A DNA stretch of 64,000 nucleotides, from positions 14,694,001 through 14,758,000 of the forward strand of contig CM052843.1 of assembly GCA_028534125.1 (NCBI GenBank). Reading direction: 5' to 3'. Source of the DNA: Lama glama. Lineage: Eukaryota. How positions within the stretch are numbered: position 1 is the stretch's first letter; every line of letters starts with the position of its first letter. This document shows, piece by piece, positions 1-15,264 of the stretch. Below the pieces are notes generated by a model, which saw only the letters and a list, made by a program, of their open reading frames with translations, was not told the origin of the DNA and made no database searches. Both the position numbers and the translations under genes were made by a program.

Positions 1-150
1 AGCTTTCAGTTTTCCTAAAACTTCACATCAGAGGTTTACAGTGTTTTCATGCGTACTCTTTTTAAAAATGTATAAATTTTTTGTTTAAATCTCCTCCCAA
101 TCAGCCTGGGACAGTGACCGACAGCTGATATGCATTCAGTAATGTTTTTA

Positions 151-156
151 AATAAA
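151..156 (+). terminator. PDE7A: Poly(A) signal AATAAA, probably the 3' end of PDE7A
   Basis: AATAAA after AU-rich UTR-like sequence; gene identity inferred only from the recalled mammalian order PDE7A><MTFR1<>ARMC1, no PDE7A coding sequence in the window. Confidence 0.5.
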
Positions 157-3100
157 TGCACATGTTAATCAGCATCCATTTGGAACACACAGTTGTTCAG
201 ATATCTGCAAGACTGAGCCTGAGCCATTCGTTGTTTGCTAAGGATTTGTCTTTTGGCAGGCCCCCAAGGGTCGTGGTCTCCAGGAAGAGGGACCACTACT
301 TGGGGGTGGGCTGATGGGGACACGCAGCTCTCCTTCATCTTGTCTCCTGTGCTCGACACAGGGCTGGTGTAAATCGTGCCGTCAACACACGTTGAACAAA
401 TTAACTTGGTATTGTTTCCTTTTTAGCTATCAGTCTACCATTATAGGAAATTATGTTGAAACCAGTCTGTCTGTGCTGAAGTCATGTGGTACCAGTATCT
501 GAGTTCCTGTTATGGGCAGAGCACTGCACTGGATGTAATGAAGGTATAAATAATTGCAGAACATGATCTCTGTTCTCAAAACCTTTGGGTGACAAGATGA
601 TGTGTGAAAAGCATTTGTTATATAATATGGCAGGTTTCTATATTGTACAAAATGAGTGCAAAGTGTTGGGAGCTGTTGAGAATGAATGATTTTGTTGGGT
701 TCATGTTGAAAATGACACCATTTCCAGTAATTCTTGACTCTTATTATTAATATCCTTGACTGGTAAAAATCATTTAGCTTTCAAATTTGATTCTAAAATA
801 TAAGTCTTAGATGTTCAATATGTAAAATACTTCTCAATCACAATCACATTTTTTACTTTTACTCCTTTACTACTTTCTAAGTCATCCTGAAACCCGTGTG
901 TTTAATATTAGAGCCTTTCTAGCTGTAACGTAAAACTGGAGCACACTGTTGACACTCTCCACTGGTACCATCAGCAGTCTTGTTAACACAGTTCATCTTA
1001 TATTACATTTACCTTTGAGATATACATTGAGCTTTTTCAGCATACATTTGAAGTGTTTCTTTACTGTTGAGCCATGTCCTGTGAAGAACCAGGAGGCTGG
1101 CTGCATGGTATCCCCCCGTGTTATAGCTTAGCTGAAATTTGTAAAAGTTCTATATGTAAACTTTTTTGAAGAAAGTATCATAAAGGGATGTGTTTTAAGA
1201 TCCTAGGTGAACATCTGCAGAAAACAGGACTTTTGAATTTCCGTCTAAGAATCATCACAAGATAGGGATTAGCTTTTTCCATGACAGGGAGCAGAGGCTC
1301 ACTCAGATAAGTGCATGTTAACTGGGGACTTTATCTTGAAGATTTGTGTTCATAACAGACAAGCCCTTGTGAAGGCTGGAGGAGCAGAACCTGGGGTCTG
1401 AGCATCCTGAGATGTTGCTTTTTGCTGCGTCTGCTTCTTTCTCCCACACTCCTGGTCCTTTCCCCAAATCTTCTCTACCTTGGAGTGTCTGCTTAGAAAG
1501 GCCAGGATGGTGTAGTTTTTAAAAGTGTTGTCTTTGTGGCTAGATGGGTTGGGTTTGGGTCTTTCGTCATGTAAAGCCAGTCACCCAGTCTTTTCAGTGG
1601 CTTCCTAACCTGTAAAACAGCCTTGTTCATTTCTTCATAGTCTGCTTTGTATGAACTGCCCGTGGACACTTGTACCTCATGACATCTTTATTTGAGCTCC
1701 AGATACCAACTGCCCCCCTTCTCAGGGTTTCCTCTTCAAATTCCCAAGGGAGAATCTGATCGGACCAGCTAACCAAGGCTGCATCCCGGGTCACAGGCCA
1801 GTCTCTGCATCACCAGGTGTTCTCCTTGCAGAGGGAAGGCGGAGGTGCAGCCACGGGGGCAGAGAGCCTGGACGACCGGACCCCCAGACTGGTGTCTCAT
1901 ATGCATCCCCTCCCTCACTGCTAGCACAGCTGCCGTTACAGAAACACCTCCCCCCATGCCTCCGCCTCATCTTTTCTTGTCCTTTGATGACCAGGGTGAC
2001 TGACTAATGAAGAGGGACGGCGACGAGACATCAGGAGCAGAAGGCTGCTGCTCACAGCTGTGGTAGAAATACTGTCATGAAGTCTTTGTCCCCAAAGTAA
2101 GGCTTTTCCAGCTAGGAGAGCAGGTCTGAGGGGCTGGACGGCCCTGGAACAGCCATGGCTCCCTGGATGGAGGGTGAGGCACTGTTTGGATCCTCTTCCA
2201 TTTACCTTCCTGAGCGCGTCTGAGTTGCTTGGGTTACACTCCAAGCTTACGGAAGGCTCTCTCTCTGTGACCTTTAGAAGAGGCTGGAGCGTCTACCAGA
2301 GAGGAGGGTGAGAAGCTAGAGGGACATTAAGGCTTCCAGCCCCATGAAGTGGACTGAGGACAACAGTCTCAGAGGAGAATATACAAGATTTCCAGATCCT
2401 TCCTCGGTTATGCTGTTTTCCTCATGCTGTCTGACCTCAGGTGATCGCACTAGTGCCTGTGAAGAACTAGCTTGCAAGGTTTGCAAGGGAGAACTAACCA
2501 TGTTAGGAAGCAGGTTCGGGGGTAGCTCAGAAGAACGCTGATGCTCCGGGATGAGGAGGGGCAGAGGAGTTAGGAATGGCGGAAGGCTCACGGCAAGTAT
2601 TGTGACAGTGAGAATGATATGGTCATAAGACCAGGTGCCTCATTCTGCCTGACAACCCCAGAGCTGCTGTTACTGGGTAACGCCTGCAAGTTTAAACTTC
2701 TCTCTCCCAGACCTGACCCACAGTGGGGACTTCTGTTTTCAGAGGTTATTGGAGGATGATTTCCCCAAACTCTTGTTTCTAGTAGTGGCTCCCTCATATT
2801 GTCTTCCTTCACCACTAAGACACAGACTCACCGGAATTCTTAATGCAGCAGGAGGACAGAAGGGCCTGTGACTGGGAGGACAACCAGAACGAAAGCCTGT
2901 GAGACCCGCTGCTCCACCCCAGCCCTGTGCACAGATGACACCTTTTCCGGGTGCCAGGGACCACGTCTCCTGGGAGAAATCAGTCCACTGAGAACTAGTG
3001 CCCTCATGTGAAACAGTGTAAGTCATAACTTCCTTAGCACTCTATATACCACTCATAGAAAATGTTCAGTCATTTTTTAATCCTCAACAATTTTTTGAGC

Positions 3101-3196
3101 TGAACATTATTCCCATTTTAAAAACAGAGGTGTGACTTGGCCAGGATCATATACATGGATCTCGTGTAACTCCAGGTCCGGTGCTCTTCGTGTGTA

Positions 3197-3523
3197 CGGT
3201 TGGCCCTTGAACAACACAACACGGGTTTGAACTGCGTGGGTCCACTTACATGTGGACTTTTTTCAGTGAACATAGTACCGTATTTTCATTTTACAGATCT
3301 GTAAGTGGGAAAAAGTTTGTGTTGATCAGAGATCATAATATGCGCAATCGAAGAAACTAAGGTTTGAGTCCTGGACTACCCGAAACCGGTGCGGCTTCCC
3401 GCCCTCGGGCGAGCCAGCTGTCAGCTCTTCTGTTGTTGAAGCCGAGAGCGCCGTCCGCGACTTTCCCTGGGTGGTAGGGGGCCGTGCCCCAGCCCCTGCC
3501 GAGCTCTCCAGGGCCGGCTGTGT
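3197..3523. mobile_element. Tigger2-like (TcMar-Tigger) DNA transposon remnant
   Basis: Left end tacggttggcccttgaacaac...gggtttgaactgcgtgggtccactta resembles the Tigger2/MER8 TIR; degenerate right TIR ccagggccggctgtgta. Confidence 0.7.
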
Positions 3524-3954
3524 AGAGAGCCCCAGACTAGTCAGTCACAGTAGGCAAAACGTTGTACCAGTTACTTAATTTTTTGAGCCTCAGCTATAAA
3601 GTAGAGCTTAATCATTTTGAAGCTCTTCCACTTCAGGCATTGTGCTGCTGGGGTTGCCAGAAAGCAAACGCGAGGGTGCGCGGGAAGAGGGGCCAGCAGC
3701 ATCCAGCACTCGGTCCCCGGGGTGGGTTATGTAGGCTTGAGAGCCCCGGGGAAGCTCCCTCACGTGACTGCCTTTCTCTCTTGATGCTGAAACCTCTTTG
3801 AGAGATAAGTGAGTGAGAGGTGATGTATTATAAGGAATATATTTCCACTTGAAAAATGCAGAAAGCAGATTATTCTAAAGCAGCTTCATGTAGAATCAAA
3901 AGAATCTTACCTATTGTGAAGAGAAAGCAAGCATATTTATAGGTGTTACGGTCC

Positions 3955-5436
3955 GAGGAAGATAAAAGTTTGCTTTATTTCAAAACAGTTACCTTCCTTA
4001 TCTTGGAGCACTGGCCCAAATTCAATACTGATACAAATATGAATTTCTTAGGTGGTCAAGGTATGTCTATCAGGGGAATTTTCTGGATTTCTTTTAAAGG
4101 CAGAATTTTTAAACCATATAAAACAGTGAGAAACAATGTGCATTGACAACGTGTAAAATAAGCCACAGTTCAAATTTTACATGAATAACCAAACCATGTA
4201 CATTAACTTCAACTAGTATCTGCTGTTATTTAGAACACTGCACATATTTTCAGTAACCTAACAGTGAATGCCTGTTCTTCCCACCTCTGAATCCCACCCC
4301 CCAGGAAGTACAACTTCCCCCTGCCCCCACTAGATTTAAATAGTATATCCAAATATGTTTTCATGGTAGTCTGACTAACTATAACTGAGTTTAGCAGAAA
4401 TATAGAAAATCATGAAGACTTATGAAGCATTTTAAAATGATCACTTGTCACAATTCCTTAGAAGCCCTGGATGAGAAAGGCAGCTCTCCACTCCTAGTAG
4501 CACTAGTTTATGTTGCACAATGTAATGCAACAGAACAGCATTCTGACCAATGATAAGCAGCTCACAGGAAATTCTTTCGCCTATTCAGTGTTTCGCTATA
4601 AAGCTACAGTTTTTGCCAATATTAAAAATTTTTAAACTCCATTATGCTGACATTTCCAGAAGTATTAACTTAGTAACAAGTCATTTTGTGAAAGAAAAAA
4701 AGATGGTACATTCTGGTTTTTACTTAAAAACGATTTAATTCAATAATTTGATTCCTCACTATTTGAAAACTACGTTCCCTTCCTCAGCACTGGGTGGCAC
4801 TGAGGCGAGAACAGCTTTCACGATCCTTGACGTTCCTTCATGGAGTTTCAGCAGCGAACATTATCCACTTCCCACTCAAACCCCACCTCCAAGACAATGT
4901 GAGGAAGAATCTAAAATGAAAGTTCTGTTCAAGGCAAGAAGATACTACAGTCTCAAACATTTCACTCCAACAACTTGGTTGTGCCAGCTGCGCAGAAACG
5001 ATCGCTGAGAATGAACGACACCAGCAGCACCCTCATCACTGCCTCTGCTAAATGTCAGGTACTGTTTTATGTCTAAATACATGCGCATAAAACATCTGTA
5101 CAGATAAATTAGTGTTAAGAATTTAAAACTCACATCTACAAAGTTCCTTTGTTCTGAAATCTAACTATTTTCGAGACTGGAAACCTAAATATCCTGGCTA
5201 CACATTAAAAACATGTTATGTCAGAATATACACGTTATAGAAAACTTCAGAACTGACCTTCTCTTAAAAGCAAACCTAAGAGTGCTTTTGTTACAGCTTA
5301 ACCCTCTAATGAGACTTAAAAGGAGACCACTGAACACTAAATGCAGGTATTTACCAAATAGTGTTGATTTCTACCAGCCAAGCAGCCCTAACAAACAACA
5401 GCTGAACTAGGATAGTCCTTCTCAGCTCGTTGTCTG
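3955..5436 (-). other. MTFR1: MTFR1 3'UTR (distal end approximate)
   Basis: Lies between stop codon (5437) and candidate poly(A) signal; an alternative ATTAAA at 4734-4739. Confidence 0.55.
3974..3979 (-). terminator. MTFR1: Candidate MTFR1 poly(A) signal AATAAA
   Basis: tttatt on + strand, ~1.46 kb past the MTFR1 stop, followed on the - strand by a U-rich element. Confidence 0.55.
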
Positions 5437-5505
5437 TTAGGAAGTTGAAACATTCTCAATTAAAGCCTTCATTTTTCCTGTAGACTTCAACATGTGTGGC
5501 CCAAA
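5437..5505 (-). CDS. MTFR1: MTFR1 last coding exon FGPHMLKSTGKMKALIENVSTS*
   Basis: ttttctag acceptor, 69 nt, TAA at 5437-5439; matches recalled MTFR1 C-terminus. Confidence 0.95.
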   Translation of the reverse strand, partial: FGPHMLKSTGKMKALIENVSTS

Positions 5506-6151
5506 CTAGAAAAGAAACAGAAAGACACTGGTTAATGTAGCAGTATTGATATGCCCCCTCCCAATCATGGATCAAAGGGCTGGGTATGTTCTGCATGAAA
5601 AATCCAGCAACTAGACAATATCAAAACCTTTATGAATTGACAGGTTGTTATAAATATGTCAACAAAGTCAAAGACTTTGGTAACAAGATTACTTTCTAGA
5701 AAAGAAAATTATCATCTTAGCAAGACCCTAGCTAGTCCAATTTTACTTCTCTGGGTAAAAGAATGGTACAAAGTTTCCTTTTCCATGTACGAAGAGTTTC
5801 AAAGATGCTAGAATTTCTAAGATATCTGCCTCTCTGGAATAGACAAGCTCATAGCCCCCATGACAGTAACTGGACTGAAGGGACTGGATCCCTGTCTGAG
5901 AGCATCTGTGACATCTGCTCAGTCTCCATCTGTGGCGTGGCCCACATCCTGCAAGGCCTTGGTCAAACCTCTCCCTCTTCAGAAGACTGTCACAGGTGCC
6001 CTAAGAGAAAACAGTCTTCCCTTATGTGAATTTCTGTATCATAACATTTAGATTGCCCTAAGGTATAAATTTTATTGTAATGAATTTCACGTCATTATGC
6101 TTAAATATAAATAAAACATAGTTTATCTCCAATGTTAAATTTCTCATGCTA

Positions 6152-6589
<438 letters not shown>

Positions 6590-7061
6590 TCACAGACCCT
6601 CAAAAAAGACACAGACAAATACTGACGCAGTGATGTGGAAACCCTAGACTTAGAGGCTCCACAGAAGAGCACAAGGGGCCCGATGAACCCAAGGTCAGCT
6701 CCTCTCAGGAGCAGTGACCACACGCCCTCAGGGCGATAGCAGTTCCACTCTTCTCCAAGCGCCCAGCGACTGTCCTGGTAGGTACACAGCACAGCTGTAG
6801 CGGATGAATGGCCTGCACAGTCACGAAAGGGCTTTAAATGCAGTGGTGGGGGTGGTGAAAAGGTAACCTGGGAAGTGTTTATTTTGCTAATCTCTTAGCT
6901 AACAGCATATAAGAGCCAATGGGGCATGTCTTTTTTTCTTAAATTAAAAACAAATTATTCATTGTAGTCATGCTGTAAAACAAAATTATCAAGAAGCCTA
7001 GTACTTGGTTTTATAAGGCAAAAAAAGGGGGGGACGTAAGAAAGAAGGCAGTGTGTCCTCA

Positions 7062-7358
<297 letters not shown>

Positions 7359-8973
7359 CTACGGACAAGTAAAATATTTTAAAAGCAAAGTTATGTTAAG
7401 GACTTCATATTTGAAAATAATATCCTCAAAAAGAATCTCAATCATGTAAGTAGAAAGGAAGTGTCAGCTACTTGGTTAGAATCTTAATGCCTGAATCTCA
7501 GTCTCTGTATCATTTAACCCCAGACCCTCCAGATGCAAGTGTTCCACGTAACAGGGCGCTGTCGTGGGCCGGCTGCAGAGCCTGTCCCCACCTCTAGATG
7601 AAACACACAGCAGTCACACTGCACATGTAACTGTCTTCAGGATACAGTTTGACCATTTAATACTGGAGTAACTATTTGAAAAAACGTTGATAAACTTGTG
7701 TTTCATTCTAAGTATATTTATATATGACTTATCAAGCATTAACTAGAATGTTTTTAAAAGAAAAGTTTTAGATTTATTGAACAAATTTCTGTAAGAAAAA
7801 AGTTCTAGTTAATTTCCAAAATAAGAAGTTAAAGTAGTTCTCAAATAAGGACCTAAAAATTCATCTTTCTGCATAATGGGAGGTTAGTGAGTTGTTTTTT
7901 GGGTGAACTATACTGATTAGGGGGAACTCAGTGCAAGAGTTTCCTCAAGGGATTTGGATTGTAAATCTAACACCTAATGTAAACCCCCCAATTCTCGCAC
8001 TATTACAGCAGTTTTCTTAGTCTGCCAGTAGAGGGAGGTAGAGCAAAACAGGAGTGCAATTTATAATTTAAAAAAGAAAAGGGCAGGACTTTGGTTCTAT
8101 AAAAGTGACACACAAATTTCACTTAAGTGACAGCAGGTGCCCGAATGCATGCGCCCTCGGTCCATCCTGGCCAGACACAGGTTGGATGAGGTTAACACGT
8201 GGGGTTACATTAAACCCTGGGGCCGTGAGCACAGTGACTCAGAGGCAGAGTAACTGTCCTGGCCTTTCACCTTTAGAGTTGGCTTATACTGAGTCTAGCC
8301 AGGACTCGGGAACAACACGAGGAAAAACCACCACTACGTGCCAGCAGGTTCATGGGCTAGGATTTCAACACCACGGTTTCTTCTCCCGAGTGACAATGCC
8401 ACACAGAAGCAACAGTATTAGACCAAGAGTCAGACGACCTGAATTCAGTTTCCACTCTGGGCAAGAGGAAGAGAACTGACCATTAAGTAGCTGCAATGTG
8501 CTAAAGACATTTCATATAATTTGCACATTTACTCCCACGGTAACTCCGTAACACAGGGCAGCTGTCCTCACTGCAGAGCAGGACTGGGAGGTGGAAGGGC
8601 CAAGTACCCGCCGCAGAACACGCAGGTAGGGAAGCAGCACTCAGCCCCGTCAGCGCTGATGGAGATTACCTCACGCCTAACGTGGATGGTGCCACTATCA
8701 CAGACAGCTGAGGTGCCCGCAGCATTCACAGGAGTAGCAGCTTAACTGTATTAAATGAATGCGTATACTCCGTATCCTCTCTGACAGCATCAGGGTGGTT
8801 CAAAACAAACAAAAACCACTAAAACTTGCCTGGGTCCTCTACTGGACCATGCATAGAGGACGGACCCCAGATTTTCTAACAAGCTCAATCAATGCTGTTA
8901 CTTGTTAGTAAATTTTACATGAGTGGCATTCTTCTAATTCCCAGTTCCCTGGTTAAAACAAACGTAGGACTTA

Positions 8974-9240
<267 letters not shown>

Positions 9241-9954
9241 TCACAGGCTTTGTCAGGGAATACAATCAATCATCATTTCAAAGTTTATCAGAACCTAACA
9301 TCTGAGAACCACTTTTCAGGCTGACCGTCCATAAAGCCCCTGCTGTAAGTTTCAGAACAACAAAGCGCTCGTCAACCTCGCGCAGGAACGCACCAGGCCA
9401 GATTTCTTACTGCCATCATTCTTCTTAATCTCCACACAATGCACACAAGCCTGAACTACAAGAGGCAACACAGATTCCAACAGTGTCTTTGCTAATTCAT
9501 GTTTTGTTTTGATGGTATGAACTACGGTGAAGAAACTTTTAATGATAAACTAATTACTGGTTATGTGTGACAATCAAATCAAATCAGTAATCTCTTAGCC
9601 CTTCCCCAGGGTCTTGGCTTCTACCCTTGGATGTCAGTGTTTTCCACATGTGATAGAATGTACTAAATTGTAAGACATACTGTAACAATATGGGCCACAT
9701 TACAGCGTAAGAAACTACAAAGGAGAAAAAAGTAATCATTACAGTGGAACTCATGCAGTAACTATATACATGATCTCATTTTCACTTGGGTGTTTAAAAA
9801 AAAAAAAGGCTTTTCTAACATGCATTGCTCCACAGCTCTATATGGAAGTCTTTGGGGGGTGAGAATAAAATTCAGATTCCTTTTCAGTTGTCAATTTCTA
9901 TACTTACCACTTCCTCCTATTTTCTACAATTAGGTTTTTCCGGCCTCTAATCAG

Positions 9955-10080
9955 TTTTCTTTTTCCTTCCAGCTTTACTGAGGTATAACTGACACATGCT
10001 GTATATAGTTAAGGTGTACAGCATGATTTGATGTGTGTATACATTTTGAAATAATCACAACAATCAGGTTAACATATCCC
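9955..10080 (-). mobile_element. L1 3'-end fragment
   Basis: ctttactgaggtataactgac...aaggtgtacagcatgatttg, typical L1M 3' terminus in antisense. Confidence 0.65.
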
Positions 10081-10084
10081 AGTT

Positions 10085-10446
10085 TCCTTCCATCCCATGG
10101 TCATGTGACCAAGTGCTGACTGACAAGCTGGAGGCAGAATGTGGGTGAGCCGCCAGGAAGGCTGCTTAGCGGAGATGACGCCGCTCCGGGAGAAAGCCAG
10201 TCCTTTCATCTCTAGCCCCACCCTCTCCTCCAGCCCCAAGAGCCTCTGAGAGTCAAGCTAACCTTGACGTGAAAGCCAGTGCTGAGGATGGCAGAGAGCC
10301 CGGCTGGGTCACTAGGGACACAGTGGAGCCACTGTCAGCATCATACTCTCCACTCTGGATGTTTCTGACTTGAGAGAAAAATAAACTTCTTCTTCATTGT
10401 TTTTGACTTCTGTTTCACGCAGTCACACTTAATCCTAACCGTTACA
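10085..10446 (+). mobile_element. MaLR LTR (MLT1-like)
   Basis: ggtcatgtgacc...aataaacttc...ttaatcctaaccgttaca pattern of MLT1 LTRs. Confidence 0.55.
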
Positions 10447-13400
10447 GCGCTCACCAACGTTACATTCTGTTTTAGTTTTCCTTTAACTGGACACTGCTGT
10501 CTTGCCTTGTTTGTGCTGGAGAGCCATGTTAATTCGTTCTACCTTGTGTTTTGAGTGAATTCTCGGACCTTTAGCTTTTGGTATTATGTACTGAATTCAG
10601 GTGTTTTTCTTCATATCTAATTCTGATTATGCCATGTTAATTATACTATCACATATTGAGGATGCTTGTAAATTATTTTTTACCTGTAGTATTAAACAAA
10701 AACATCTGGAGAATAAATATCCTAGTTGTTACCTTTACTTCAGGCTCTACTTTAGATTTAGATTAGCAGCCGACTTCAATCAATACTAACTTTATTAACT
10801 TTAATTTGGAATATCTGTGGGATAGGGAAGTATATTTGGCTTGCTAAGTTTCAACTACCATTCCCTTTCTTAGCCCCACACTGGGAAGAAATAGGTGATG
10901 AGATGTCTAAAAAAGTACATGAAGATTAAACAAAGGTAAAAACTTTTATGAGAAATAATACTGACACTCTGATTAAATATATTAAAATATTCTTTGAAAG
11001 ATTATTTGTTATAAGAGATTAGACTCATGTGCTCTAATCATCCTGCAATAAGGAAAAAATTTTAATAACACATTAACAATTAAAAAAATCATTGTTGCTT
11101 TTTGTTGATGTAACAGCCTAAATTCTGGTTTCTACCTACCTTTTCATAGGGTAGGTCAAATACTTTTGTTAAACATCTCTGTACATTAGGGTACAAGTAG
11201 ATAAAAATTAGTCAGTCTACTGAATAACATTCTTTTGAGGGGCAGGCTATTTGCATGGGTTGATTTAATCAGTATAATGTCACATATTCTTAATATGCTT
11301 CCTCAACTATATTCTTGACCGCTTATGTTTTTAATAAAAACAACACAATGATTTTTTAAAATACTACTTGGAAGAACTAGGGAAAACACTTATAGGTGGG
11401 ACAGTGGCAGGGACAGAATACTAGTTCTGAGGAGATCTGGGTAAAACACAGAAATCTCAAATAAATGTAGAATTAAAGTATCACATTTGTTCCAGACACC
11501 AGAGGAGAAATAAGAGTAGGAGAGAGACTGTGACTTCATGACTTTAAAGCAACAAGAGTGCTCAGAAGTGGTGTTCTCAGGACAGAGGATGCACGCTGCC
11601 CCACAGGCATCGAGGGAGGGGGCATCAGGAGGGTGACAAGTAGATGGAAGCGGAAAGAAACAGAACTGCAGGTGCAGACTCAGCGTTCCCTCACCTCTCC
11701 CCCTACCATCTTCCATTTTCCATGAACGTTGAATTTTGCTTTGTTTTGTCAAAACTCACCTAAAAGAATGAAAATTTTTATATCTGAGAATGGAAGCGAG
11801 GATGATGGTTTGCTTTCGTATTGTGTACGAGCGCAGGTATTTCATCAAGTCTGCATTATAACAGCAAATAAATTTTGAATGCCAGAATCTTCAGTGCTAC
11901 TAAACAAAAAATGATGTTACCGTCCTGTTTAAGAACTAGTCGTCGCTTCAGTAGTGAGTATATACCCCCACCTAAGATTCTCCTAGATCACAGGAGCCAA
12001 CGGTATTAAGTGCTTTTAAGTTTGCTTTAAAACATTATCATTCAAGTCAGTCAGTCTTCAAATCCCATGAACATTTACTCAATACCCACAACTGGGACAA
12101 GATAATATGACAGTTTGGATTATGAGATCAACTATAAGGCGTTTAGTTTAAACAGCTTTCTTTCCTTAAGATCCTTCTAGGCAAAATACATTGTAAGAGA
12201 AGAATTAATGAATAGTGAACAGCAAACTACAATGTTCTTTCAAAAGGGAAGAATTAAGCTTCTGCCTCTCCCCCGGAACTCCAACAGATGAATTTTATCA
12301 TTTGTTTTTCCATCTACTGAAAATTAAGGATAAAGTACTCATTAATCTTGAAAACCAGTGTACCAGGGTAAGAGGGAAAAAGTTGAGGACTTTTAGCAAA
12401 ATGATTTAAGTAACAATAGCAGATCATCTGTATTTTATGTCCAAAACTAGTTTTGTAACTTCGGCATAGATTCTGCATTTCCACGTATGAAACACTGTTG
12501 ACGGCTGTGGGTTCAAATAGAATAAATACAGGAAGTGCGGGAGTTTAAATGTAGATTTTTAGAAGCTAAAAAAAGTAATCTTGAAATGATCCCGTCTTCT
12601 CCAAGACACAGATTCAACATTTACAGGAGCTCGAGAACCAGAAACAAAAAGAGTTGCTCTGTAATATTCTTGTATATGGAAAAGTTTAATTTTATGAAAA
12701 TTCTCAGACATGTCCCTTCCGTTAAAAATACAAACACACACACTCTTCTCCCACAGACATCTGTTTTATAAGGCAGTCAAAACTCATTCTCAGAACCAGT
12801 CTGTTTTGCCATCCTTCAGAATAGAAGGCTATTAAGAGCTAGAATATAGAGGCAGAAGTAATCCAAACTAAGAAAAATGCTCTTTCCTACTATAATTCTT
12901 GTGTATAATTCAGAGAAATTTAAGAAACAAAACAAAAAAACAAAAACAAAAGAGGCGTCAAGTCTGCACATCCCCAAAGCAGGAGACAGCCAGCGTGCGG
13001 CCGTTTCTTAAAAACACTTCCTGTGTGCCAGCTTGTGCTCGTGCCTTCTACCTTTTGTTTGCTTTTGGCTCCAAAGGGCCTTGTGGCATGAGGGCACAGG
13101 TGCCCGTTCGGAGTGGCCCTGCACGCGACCTCGCGCTCATCTTTTCAACATCGGTGTCAAGGGCAGCAGCCACTTTGGGAGCACAACGTACAGAACTATG
13201 AAGGGATTTTCAAGTTCCACTGATCATTTCAAAGGAAATCCTCAATTAAATATAGTGCACCTGTGGGGTCCTTCCCCTTAATCTCACAGTTAATGAAAAC
13301 CAAAATCTGAGATCGTTTTACATCAGCCCAGTGCCCTGTGGAGGGTGCTATTCCCAGGATGGCGCTGTCTCACTGTTTCAACTGAGAACAGCCTAGAAAT

Positions 13401-14845
13401 GAATAAAAAGACACTATTGCCAATGGGATACACGGGGGCTGGTGTGGGGGACTGGTTGATTCAGTTCTCTGAAAGTAAAAAGTTGCGTAGAAAACTAACA
13501 ATCTTTGCAAAGTGAGTGAGTAGCTGGCTAGAGATACCTGGACTAGGAAAGCTGTTTTCAGAGGGCAGTTGCCCATCAGAGGATTTACAGTGGGGATGGG
13601 GCAGGACTGTCGCGAGGCCACAGACCCAGACGACTGGTGGGATTCCTCTTACTCGCTATTCTAGGCTCTTGTTTTGTATCTTAAAAGCTGGATCCTTCTA
13701 CAAGTGATGTTTCGTGGAAATGACGTCTGTCCCTTGAATGCAGCGCTTGAGTGATGTACATTATTAGTTACTGTCTAGTGTCAAATAATTAAGGTCAAAG
13801 TGGGAATGAACAGCACGTGCTGTTTGCTGTACCGCGAGCAGGAAGCTAACTTGCTCTGGTCTGCGCTCCACCTGGGAGCCGTGGCAAGCCAGCCTGTCTG
13901 GTGCTGAGTCCTTTCCTTTGGAGTCTTGTTACTCATTGCCATCCTGTATGAGGTTGGGGGTTCTTCCCCAACACTCCTTAATAGCACCATCCACTTCATG
14001 TCAGATTGAAAAACTTAAATTGGGTATCTTCAAGTCTTCAGTCTCACTTTATTCACTATTCTTATATTACAGATTTTGTAAAAACTTTCACCTGGTCACT
14101 AGATTACATTGTGGTGTAAGAAAAGGGCTGCCTGAAATACTTTCAAATCCTATGAACCTGTACATTTTTATTTAACACCTATTCAGTTTGATATGTTGTG
14201 GCACTCAGAATTAAGAATTAGATGCAATTAGAAATTAATATATTAAAATTGAATGAATAAACAAGATGGCACCCACCCTTCCCTTGCCAGAGTGCTATCA
14301 GTGAAAGCCAGCTAAAAGAAAAAGCTGAAATAAGGTCCAGAGTCTCAGATTCTCAAAATACCTTGATTTCAATTTAAAAAATCACTCATACCAAGAACCA
14401 AAAAGAACACAAACTGAATGAAAAATGACAATTAACAGATGCCAACTCTGAGATGACAAGAGATGTTAGAATTATCTGACAGGTTTCAAAACAGCTATAA
14501 TAAAAAGGCTTAAATGAGCAATTACTAGCATTCGTAAAACAAATGAAAAAAAAAGTCTCAGCAAAAACCTCCAAGATATAAAGCAGAACCAAATGAAGAT
14601 TTTCAAAGTAAAAGGTAAAATAACTGAAATTAAAAACACACTGGATAGGATCAAAAGCAGAATGGAGAAGATGGAAGAATCAATGAATTCAGAGACAGAA
14701 CAATAGAAATCATCCAATATGAAAACACAAAAAGTGAACAGACCAGGAAGAAATGTGAGCAGAGTCTCAGTGACCTGCGTGACTATAACTTCAACACCCT
14801 CCTTTCAAAAATTGTTAGAACAAATAGAAAAATCAAAAAAGATAC

Positions 14846-14915
14846 ACACTGGAATTTGACACAACATTGTAAAATGACTATAACTCAATTAAAAAAATTT
14901 TGGAAGAAAAAAAAA
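14846..14915 (+). mobile_element. Very short young L1 3' end with A-tail
   Basis: cactggaatttgacacaacattgtaaaatgactataactcaat+A-rich; same sequence as the copies at 34.3 kb and 59.3 kb. Confidence 0.75.
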
Positions 14916-14996
14916 GTACAGAATTCAGCAACACCATCAACCAACAGGGTCTCTGACATTTACAGGACATTCTACTGACAACAACAGAGTACGTAT

Positions 14997-15160
14997 TTTT
15001 TTTCTGGTCTTTTTTTTACATATGTTTTAATTAATTAATTAACTTACTTACCATTTACTTACTTATTATTTTTACCCTTAACATACGCACTGGGGATTGA
15101 ACCTAGTACCTTGTGCATGCCAAGCACGTGCTCTACCACTGAGCTATACCACTCACCCCC
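14997..15160 (-). mobile_element. Camelid tRNA-derived SINE (Vic-1-like)
   Basis: Reverse of ggtatagctcagtggtagagcacgtgcttggcatgcacaaggtactaggttcaatccccag with A/T tail. Confidence 0.85.
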
Positions 15161-15264
15161 TAGAGCACACATTCTTTTATATACCCACAGAACATGAACC
15201 AAAATGGCCCATATCCTGAGCCGTTTAAAAAAAACCTCAACAAAATTTTAAAAGAATGGAAATA

